Shown piece by piece: positions 54,557-64,000 of a DNA stretch of 64,000 nt. Position 1 is the stretch's first letter. Every line of letters starts with the position of its first letter. The DNA comes from Zygnema circumcarinatum SAG 698-1b (lineage: Eukaryota > Plantae > Zygnematophyceae). The translations under genes and the position numbers were made by a program. Location: the NCBI GenBank assembly GCA_037447605.1, contig CM074806.1:4836001-4900000 (forward strand). Direction: 5' to 3'. Below the pieces are notes generated by a model that did not search any database, had not been told where the DNA came from, and saw only the letters and a list, made by a program, of their open reading frames with translations.

Positions 54557-57500
54557 ATGGCCTTCAAAATCAGCCTCAAGGGTGTGGCGCAGGTGGGCTG
54601 GCAGCTGCACCATGGCCCACTGCCCGGCGTTGCATGCTGCCCTCGACGGGGAAATCATGGGTACTGACTGCAATCAGTTGCGCGGCGCAGGGCGTGGGAG
54701 GCCTCGTCTTCGGCACTGGAGAACGGTCTGAGGAAGAGGACGATGGGTGCGCAGCTCTCATGTTTTTGAGCAATGTGTTTGCTAGCATGTCGAGACGCTG
54801 AAAGCAGATAAGTGGCGGGAGATCTGACACGGCCAGCGCAAGGGATGGAGGCAGGGGCGTTGAACAACTGCTTGAGAGAATCAGTGATGGAAGACGGGCC
54901 GATGACCGGCATGCTGCCATGGCGGAACTGCGCGATGTGGTTGGAGATAGTCGAGCATCGCAACTGGCATTTGGAGCTATGGGTGGGGATCTTCACACCT
55001 CAATCAGTCCTGAGCAATCTGAGGCAGGTTTTTATATTGAGTATGCACGGGTATGGGTTGGATTCTGGCAGGTTTCCCAATTTTACTGTCAGTGCTCAAG
55101 GAAGAACGCGACGACCTTGAGATGGTGGGCTTGCAAGAGTTCAGCATTTTTCCTTCGCGTGCGCGTAGGAGGCAAGCATAGCGGAATGGGTTCCAATGAT
55201 TAAACCATACTATTTGATGGGATGTTTCGTTCTAATTTCTGAGCTCAAGAGGACATGAAGGACAAGATGAGGAACCCTTACTTGCTGGTAGAATTACAGG
55301 CGAACAGGCTGCAGCCTGTGACTTTTCAGTCCTAATACCCGAGGGAGAGGAGGGAAGGATGGCGGCAGGTCCGAGGGGCCTTGGAGGTGCTGATCAATGG
55401 GCTGGCCGCAGCAGTCGTAGCAGGGGAGCAACCTGATGGACGGGTTGCACCGGGTCTGGTCAACTCGGAGCTCCTGGCTCGCGAACCGCAGAGCGTGTCG
55501 CTGCTGCTTTCTCTTCTGGTAAGTGGGCTTCTGAATAAGCCTCAGCAATTCAACTGCTGAGAGATCCATAGAGTTGGGCAATGAACTCATCTATATGGCT
55601 ATTAACAGCAATAGATGTCGGGTCTGCAGGAGGAGGAAGATTTTTATGTTCGGTATCATACCGTGCAGCTCTTGACTCTTCTGCTCACAAACTCTCCGCA
55701 CAGGTGAGGCATTTCCGTGTTGACAAGCCTTTTTTTGAGACTGTAGCAATGCGGCATTGTCGATGCCAGCTGCAGGCTGGACTGAGTGCAAGAGAGCCTG
55801 GGGAGGGATTGCAAGGGGTCAGAGTACAGGAGGCCATATTAGGCACTGCACAGGGCGTGGTGCGCCTAATAGACATGCTGCAGGAGCGTGAGGCAAGTGT
55901 ATCCTTTAGCCTGATGTGCAAACTGACCTCTCATTTAGGTGCTGATTGCACAAGCTACGAGCCTTTGCAAAGACTTCTTCAGCTTCTGAACTATTTTGGG
56001 CAAGATGTAATCTTCGATTTCATACTTGCCAGCTTTCGGCTTTGTCCACCAAGTACAATCACGATGGTACTGCCTCAAGCTAAGCGTATCTCAACATTTG
56101 ATTTTAATTGCAGCTGCAACTGGAACCTAATTCATTGTGTTTGTGCCTGTGTATTTATTTCCCTGTTTGTTCAGGTGATACGGAATGAGGCGCTCCTACT
56201 CCTTATCAATCTAACACGTTCGGCAGAGGTATACAGTTGCATAATAATAGTGCTGAACGTCAGCAGAGGATTGACTTAATTACTCCTTGAATCAGGCCTC
56301 CTCCGATCGAAGTACCTTCTTTACTGGGCGCATAGATGATACGAGCAGAGTCCAACAGGTTTTGAACATTCAAAATATTTACAGTGGCGTTTTAAATGCA
56401 TATAAAGGTATGCATTTATGGCTTCTGAAGCAATCAGGGAGTGTGGGAGCGTATGGTTGATTCATGGGTGCAGGAGATTCAGAAAATTGTTGCTTTTGAG
56501 GGTGTATTTGAACGCATATGGACCATCATCCAAGAGGAGGGGTCTGCAGATGGAGGCATAGTTGTTCAGGTAAGCATTTTGAGCTATGTCTGATTGGTGT
56601 TTGAGAGGCGAGGAAGTGGTTAATGGATTTTTGGATTGACACCTCCTTGTGTCTTGCAGGATTGTATAGAGCTGCTTAACAACCTTCTACGCAATAATCC
56701 GTCTAATCAGGTATGGAGGGAGTATCCATTTTTTTTGTGACTGCTAATTAGCTGTTGACCTAGCTATGGTTAGCCAGGTTATGATAAATTACGTGTGCGA
56801 GGGCACAGGTCCTCCTCCGGGAGACTTTGGGGCTGCATCATGTGCCAGCTCTCTTGAAGCTACGGAAGGGTGATGGTGACGGCCTGTCTCGCCAGAAGGT
56901 ATAGTATTTTCATACGCTAACCACTTATGGCATGCACACAGAGGAATGGCTCACTCTCAGTTTCCTTCTGCAGGCAGTTTCAATTCAGCGTGATGACATC
57001 TTTTTGTTAACGTTGTGTAGGCGGCGAACTTGCTATGCGCATTGGAAACCGTTGCGTTGTTACTATCTCATAGTGCTCACGCGGAACTCGGGAAGGATAG
57101 CAATATGGTCGCTAATCAAACTCTACTCCAGCAGGTATCAGCTTCTTTTTCCAAAAACTGACTCAAGCTACCTGCAAATTTTCCCGAATTTCATGAGAGC
57201 CGGACCATTGAAAGTTTCCAGATGGGTTAGCACCGGAATACATGTGGGTTGGATCCGTTGTGCTACTCTTGAAAATTCAAAACAGATCGCGAATGATCGA
57301 AGGCGCCTTAATGTTGATTGCGGTTGCGTTAGAGCCACGCGAGCATACCTTGCACGTGAAATATCAGCCAGTTGGAGACCCAGTTTGAGATGTTCACGTG
57401 CGTAATGGAAAATAATGAAAATAGTAGTCGTGCTGGCTTGAATGTACACTCTGCTTGATAATTCTCATGCTCTTCTTTACAATTCAGTGAACAAGTTGAG

Positions 57501-60500
57501 AGCAGATTGAATCTGCCTTGGTACAGGCCTGTCAATTGTTTCTGTCGTGTTATTTTTTTTGGTGCAATCTGGCCTCCCACTTTGCTCTTGCCAGTATTTG
57601 CATGCTCTCCTCGCGATAACTTCTGGTAAATGAGAATAAAACCTCTTAAAATATTACTGCCGTGTTTAAATATTAGCCTGTCATTTGTATTGTGTGATCC
57701 ATATTCGGAAGCTTTAGAGTTCATCCTTGTCTGACACGTCCACGAGGGGCTTATGGGCTACTAAACTTATTTACGCAGAACAAGCTTATGGACGTATTGC
57801 TGGTGCTAGCGGTGGAAGGCCGGGTTTCTTCTGTAGCTGTTCGGACTCAGGTCAGTTCCTCTTGTTGCGATGCAAGATTAAAGAATGTCAACTTTCTCCT
57901 AGATACTTTTCGCATCCAGATATGGATTGTAACTTATTCTATTGTGTCCTTATGTTTGGAGGCAGGCTTTGCGTGCGTTAGGGGCACTGGTTAATGGCAG
58001 CACGCGTAATCAGGAGCAGCTTGGAAACATAATCTTGGGAGAAGAGCCCAATGAAGAGCCTGCTTTAAATCGGGTTCTCCGCGTTGCTCTACGAACGACT
58101 TATGCAAGGGAGTGGGCAGCTGCTGAATATGTTTTCAAGAGCTATTGCGAGGTGTGAGTAATTGCAGTTTGGACTATTGGGCTACCTATGCTTTGTTTCC
58201 ATGGGGAATGCATGTCTAAAAAGTGCTCTAATCGGATACACCGTTGCTAAAGGTTTGTTCTCGGTGTTACGGCAACCTTCCTTGCAATGAACTCTGACTA
58301 CCAGACCTGCACTCGCTTTGGCGTGTCAATGCAGCTTTAACGGGAGGGCTTGGGCACTGAACAGGGCAATCGCGACGGTCAGACAATGCTTGCCTCCACG
58401 ATAACGCCGCTGCCTCAGCCTTCGTCTCGGACAGTGCAGACTTTGGATGATGAAGCGCAGCCAAGTACTTTCGGCAGGCAGGGGCCGGCCTTCACTTTTC
58501 TTGACAGTTAGCAACACTCTCCTATTGCATGTGCCCCTCTTCCATTGTCATGCCATTTAGACGGTTGATGAGTCTAAAAGGTTTAAATATACAGAATAGA
58601 TACACTTTACTGAGCTAGCTCGTTCGACTTTTGCTAGACAGTTGAATGTAAATGAGTCAAGTGTCTGAATGTGGGGCATGCTATAGAGAACAGTTTGCTC
58701 CTTTAGTCAGAATACCAAGCATCAGTGAAACTTTATCCATGTCTTCTGTTTGATTGGCTGAGTATGGCTGCGAGCATTTGGGTGTTGGCTGGGTGGGCTG
58801 CAGTATGCTTGTCAAGGCGTTGATTGGCTCTGACGGCCGCCATGACCTGGAGGTGGGGGGCTGTCTGCCCTGCCGGGTGCACTGCTTCTTTTAAGATCCA
58901 ATACCGGGGTTTGTTGCTTTTTTTTTTGAACTCGGGTTCCATTCTCATCAGCCACAGGCAGGAATGTCGCTATCTGGAGAGCTTGGAAACTAAAATGACG
59001 AAGTTTTGGTGATTTCTACGGAGGGGAACAGGCCAGCTGCAGAGCTGCAAGCATATTGGCGCACATTTTGAAAGACAATGCTTCCTGCAAGGAGCGAGTG
59101 AGCTTGCGTCCTTAAACACCTCCTGCTGTTGTGTCTCTAGTTGTGCATTCTCTTCCGATGCAGGTTTGTGTAAGAGCCCATCTCATGTAATTCTCGTCTA
59201 GCTTTTGCAGGTATTGCGAATTCCACTGGAGATCCCGAGTTCAACACTTGCCCCCCCAGAACTGCTTCTCCCTCGCTGCATGCGCTATTTAGCTGAAGCT
59301 GCCTCAGCCGCGCGAGTCTCTGCCGAGTCTGCAGCATGGCTGCAGCCCGTCCTGCTGCGCCTCTTAATCACGTGGCTGGCCGATTGCCCCCCTGCCGTCT
59401 CTGCACTGCTCGCTTCGCCTGCACATTTGCCTTTCCTATTGGAGCTTGCAAGTAGCAATGGCTCAGCTGCGAGTGTGCATGTGGCGGGTCTAGCCGTTGT
59501 ACTTTTGGGAGCCTGTATGGCCTTTAATGAGGGGAGGAGTTCTGGGAGCACGGATGGAGCTACTGTGCTGGATGTAATCAGCCAACGTATGGGGCTCACC
59601 AACTTTTTTGCAAAATGGGAGGACATGAAACGCAGCGACCTGTATGTCAGTGCTATGGCCACCCCCCGTCTGCCCAAGCCCCTGACTCGAGCGACTGCGG
59701 CTGCTGCCGCAGCAGGGGACGGCAGCGCTGCCGATAGCCATGCTGCAGTCAGCCCGTTGACCGGCGATGGGCTTCGGAGCTCACGTGACGAGCCACCGCT
59801 GACAACCTTTTATGACCCGCAATTCATAAGCTTCATTTCAGATTTAGAGCAAAATGTGCGCAGTTGTGTCGTGAAGCTATTTTCTCGTCCAAAAGGGGGC
59901 ACTGTTGATGGCAAGAATGCCGCCGTGGCAAGGGCAGAGGGCGAGCCACTGGAGGACTATGCGGCACGACTGCAGAGACTTGCACAGCAGCAAGGGCAGG
60001 AGTTACAGGTGAGGTGGAGCTTGGGTCTTGTCTGCTTCAGCTTTGACACTCGCGTGAAGGGGCTCTCTCTATCTTATTTGAAACCAAAACGGTGTGTGTA
60101 ATTTTTTATGTTGTTCATTTGAGCAACCTTGGTGTCGTTATCACTGAAAATGGTCCCCTTGTGTGGATGTCACAGGAACTGCAAGACAGGAATAGTGCTT
60201 TGGCTCAGAATCTGGTGTCAACAAGCGGTGACAGCGGTTCCATTATTGCAGCACACACGAGTTCACAAGAGGAAAAAAGTGACTTGATTCGAGCTGAGCT
60301 AAACACCAATGCGATCCTGGCTGAGAAGGAGAGGCTGCAACAGCAAGTGGATGAAGCGGAAGTTGCTCGGGAGGCCCTGCAGGTTGAATTGGTGCATTAT
60401 CGTCAGCTTGCCAGCAAGCATGAAGCGGACCTGCAGGCATTGTCCTCGGCGTACAATTCTCTGGAACATGACAATTTTCGCCTTGAAACTCAGCTGCGAG

Positions 60501-60853
60501 AAGCAGTCGCCAAAAATGCTGTTCCAGCACCAGCCGTGCCGACAGAAGAGCAGCTCCAAGGAGCGAGGCAGGAAGGGCGGGAGGAAGCGCAAAAGGAGAG
60601 TGAGACCGAGCTGAACGACCTCCTCGTGTGTCTCGGGCAGGAAGAGACGAAAGTGCAGAAGTTGAGAGCCCGGCTGCTGGAGCTGGGAGAAGACGTGGAT
60701 GCTTTGTTGATAGGCATTGGGGAGAACGAAGAGGAAGACGGTGTTAAGGATGCAGACGAGGATGAGAATGAGGGTGAGGATGAGGATGAGGATGAGGATG
60801 AGGATGAGGACAAGGACGAGGACGAGGATGAGGATGAGGATGACAAAGAATGA
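54557..60853 (+). CDS. USO1: Golgin candidate 6 / p115 / USO1 vesicle tethering factor
   Basis: VEQLLERISDG...DDR, QLAFGAMG, EEEDFYVRYHT, VRLIDMLQEREVIRNEALLLL, EIQKIVAFEGVFERI, IVVQDCIELLNNLLRNNPSNQ, a C-terminal coiled coil, ELNDLLVCLGQEETKV and an acidic tail. Confidence 0.95.
60768..60843 (+). repeat. (GAGGAT)n coding repeat forming the acidic ED tail of p115
   Basis: Hexamer repeat translating to EDEDED. Confidence 0.9.
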
Positions 60854-61116
60854 TATGGAAAACAAATAAAATATGCATGTTGTATCTGCATTGTGTATTT
60901 ATTCTTTCCTTGTGTTTCGTCAAACAGAGCTTTCCCCTTCCCCTGGTTTGTTTTTGGACATGGAACAAGTTTGCCATTTTCGTCCTACATGCAGGTTTCG
61001 AGCACCGCCTCTTTTGTTGCAGCATGCACGCATGTCTTGTATGGCGTGTATCTGCCACATCTTTGGGCTATGACAGAGCCTCGGGCAGTTCCCCTGGCGG
61101 CACAGGTAGAAGGCTG

Positions 61117-61118
61117 GG

Positions 61119-61170
<52 letters not shown>

Positions 61171-61185
61171 CTGGCAGGCTGGCTG
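61117..61185. repeat. (GGCA)n tetranucleotide microsatellite
   Basis: About 13 perfect GGCA units followed by GGCT variants. Confidence 0.95.
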
Positions 61186-61285
61186 GGTCGGTGGGTGGGT
61201 GTGTTGCGTGGTGTGGACACGGAGTTGAGCCAGCTCGCCCAAGTGACTGAGTTGTCGCGGACCACCGCACGCTCGCGGGAGCCCA

Positions 61286-61415
61286 CTGCAAACCGTAAAC
61301 TGCAAACTGCAAACTGCAGACTGCAAACTGCAAACTGCAAACTACAAAACCGTAAACTGCAAACCGCAAACTGCAAACTACAAAGCGTAAACTGCAAACT
61401 GTAAACCGCAAACTT
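61286..61415. repeat. (AAACTGC)n 7-bp tandem array upstream of the DWNN gene
   Basis: About 18 units with AAACCGT, AAACCGC and AAACTAC variants. Confidence 0.93.
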
Positions 61416-61708
61416 GCGAGCCCCGTTCGGAAAACCGCGATCCGCTTTGCGAACAACGTCGCTTTCTCCCCGCCCGGCCGGCCGGCGAGGGAGGGAGGGA
61501 GGGAGGAAGGGCACGGAGACAGAGTGTGGACGAGAGGAGGCGGGGGGCTCCTTCCATTCCCGCCTTCCTCGCGCCTTCTTTCGCCTCTTCTCCACTCCCT
61601 CGCCGCCCGCAACGGGGCTGCGCAACGCAGCCACCTCCTCCGTCAAACGCTCGCTGCAGGGGCTGCTTACTTTCTCCTCGCTCGCCTGTAGTCTGAGGGT
61701 CCCGGAAA

Positions 61709-64000
61709 ATGGCAGTGCACTTTAAGTTCAAGGCCGCCAAGAATTTCGATTCCATCAATATTGATGGTCATTTTATTACTGTCGCTAATCTCAAGGACAG
61801 GATTATTGAGCAGAAACACCTTGGCAACGCGTCCGACTTTGACTTGCTAATTACAGATGCACAAACTGGGGAAGGTTGCCCCCAGACCCTTTTGATTCTT
61901 CCCATTGCCTGTCGCTTGCAAACTGTGGGAATCTTGCTGGCCATGAAATATGTAGCTACGGTTGATAAAGGTGGGAGTTACATAGGGAAAGATAATACTC
62001 TTTAGTCCACCTTCATTTGCTTTATGTGCTTTTAATTGCGTGTTATTTTGTGTTGCTGTGCTTTTTTTGTTTCAGACTATACTGATGACATATTTCCCAT
62101 TCCAAGAAATACCAGTGTCATCGTGAAGAGGGTTCCAGCCACCCGTAAGGAGAGTCTACCGCCCTCCTCGGATAAGTACGATGCTCTTGCCGCTTATCTG
62201 CATTTTCACTAGGGCTGCGGCTGTGGAAACGGAACTTTAAAAGCCTAGTGTTGTTAAGTTCATTCAAATTTCTCCATGTCCTAAATCATGTGTCGAGAAG
62301 CGGAAACGTTTGATGGTGTCACAGAACTGTTGCAGGCTTTTACCCCTGAATATTGTTTAAGAGATGTTTTGTTGGCATTGACGCTCAATCCCGCACTCAT
62401 TCCTTACGCGCATATCTGCGGTTAGCAATTGCAGTTTGAAGTCGAAGGCGGCCAAGTCAGAGTTTAGCGATCCTCTCCAGCTTGGGAAGGAAGATGAAGC
62501 ATCTGCGCAGCAGGTACACTTATCAAAATGTTTGACTATTGCCACCTTACTTACTGCAGTATACACACTTTGATTCAGACATTTAATGGATGATATGTTT
62601 GCAGTTCGGAGTGCTGAACTTTTTGTATGTCATATCTTACAGGATGATTTTGGAGACATCTATTCTCTACCAGTAGAGCCATCTGTCACCTCTACTGCGG
62701 ACGACGATGAGGCAGCTAAACTTGCGGCTATGGTGAAGAAGCAATCAACAGACTGGCAGAGGTAAAGACTTGTTCTTCGATCATTTATCCTATACTCTGA
62801 ACAGATTGTAGTATTAGCCCTACCTGGGAACCAGAAGGTATCACACCAGCATCATTCTGCCAATTTCGCAATGAAGAGAACAGAAGCAGCTTTCGTCGCT
62901 TCAGCGTTTTACTTTGCATTTTTGTTTACCGAGGATGTTTTCATGCTTTTCTGCTGAAGCTGGGTTCTGATTTTTGTCCAGGCAAACTCAAGAGGCTGGA
63001 CGTGGTTTTGGAAGAGGATCCTACGGCAGGGGCACCGCCAGAGGGGGATCAGGTACGAACTGAAGATTTCAGAGTGCAGAAGCAGAAGGCTTATGGGGTC
63101 CACTTCAATTACACTGGGCCTCTGCTCTCTCATTGAAGCTTTTTCAAGTGGAAGGGGAAAGTAGAGTAAAGAGCATATGCATTACATGTGCAGGTAACTG
63201 CGGACATTGCTTGCCCAGATGCTTATACCGTAGCAATCAGTCTGGAGAGCGTAATTGTGTCACTGTCCTCGCAAATTATGTTTTCAATGTGTTTTTACTA
63301 CTACGCATATGATAATCCAATTCAGTAGAACTTAAATCTTACTTTCGTTTTTGTTGCCTGTAGGTGGAAGGGTTCTGTTTTCTGCAAGGAACAATACCCC
63401 ACCTGTGGGTTATATCTGTCACCGTTGCGGTCAAGCAGGTAAGTGCAAGCTGCTTGCTGTTGGGGTTCTTGAAGATGGAGGCTGGTTTATTGGTGAGTGG
63501 AGGGATTGATGAGGATATCATGTCATGGTTTACGCCTGTTTTTTCAAAGTTGGGAGTACTGGTAGCTTTGTACGTAATGTTTTTCTGTTTTCCTGGGTAA
63601 TCTTTCTCTTAGCAAAGGCTGTTATTTGCTGATGGCTGGGCTATGTTTTTTAAGATTTTCAACGACCAGAGGGGTCCACAACTCCCTTTGGATGCATAGT
63701 CTGACTTGGAACTCAGCATTTCAACGAAGGATTGTGGATGTTGTTCCCGGATACTCGTTTGCTCCACTCGATGCATACAGAGGTTCTTGGCATGTTGTAA
63801 AGCTTGTTCGTTGGTCACGTGGGTTTTGCTCTTTTAATTTTCTTACCAGGTCATTACATACAGCATTGCCCCACAAATGGCGATCCAAATTATGACATTA
63901 AGAGGGTTAAACCACCATCGGGTATCCCGCGCACACGGTTGCAAGCCGATGAAGAGGGTTCATTGATCGCTCCTGATGGCCGGATCGTAAAGCTGCGGCC
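61709..64000 (+). CDS. RBBP6: DWNN-zinc knuckle E3 ubiquitin ligase (RBBP6/MPE1/PQT3-like), 3' part outside window
   Basis: DWNN domain MAVHFKFKAAKNFDSINIDGHFITVANLK...DFDLLITDAQTGE, IPRNTSVIVKRVP and zinc knuckle PPVGYICHRCGQAGHYIQHCPTNGDPNYD. Confidence 0.93.

Noticed and set aside
60850-61758. Several 110-230 aa ORFs between USO1 and RBBP6
   Set aside because: Generated by the (GGCA)n and (AAACTGC)n repeats and a GC-rich promoter.

Overview
Eukaryotic, intron-rich nuclear DNA from a streptophyte, most likely a charophyte alga or early-diverging plant. This is inferred from the expansin, mevalonate kinase, RPH1, plastid SHMT, GC-rich promoters and short introns. By hand-splicing I find 12 protein-coding genes: an expansin (partial), a 72-aa small protein, a ZFC3H1/Red1-like zinc finger, plastid SHMT, a calcineurin-like metallophosphoesterase, an orphan ~200-aa protein, mevalonate kinase, RPH1, cytosolic leucyl-tRNA synthetase, XRCC3, golgin p115/USO1 (GC6) and an RBBP6/MPE1-type DWNN E3 ligase (partial). 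Two Mutator-like elements sit in the promoters of mevalonate kinase and LeuRS. The larger one carries a decayed transposase, a solo-LTR-like insert and a nested Tourist MITE. The most striking observation is that LeuRS appears to splice in frame into four extra exons encoding an apparently non-catalytic GST-fold domain, giving a C-terminal LeuRS-GST fusion of the kind that could scaffold a multi-synthetase complex. Other signals are GTAC-rich clusters in four promoters, four GC-AG introns and several promoter-proximal tandem arrays. All gene models are manual predictions and family assignments come from remembered motifs, not database searches. No tRNA, rRNA or CRISPR array was found.
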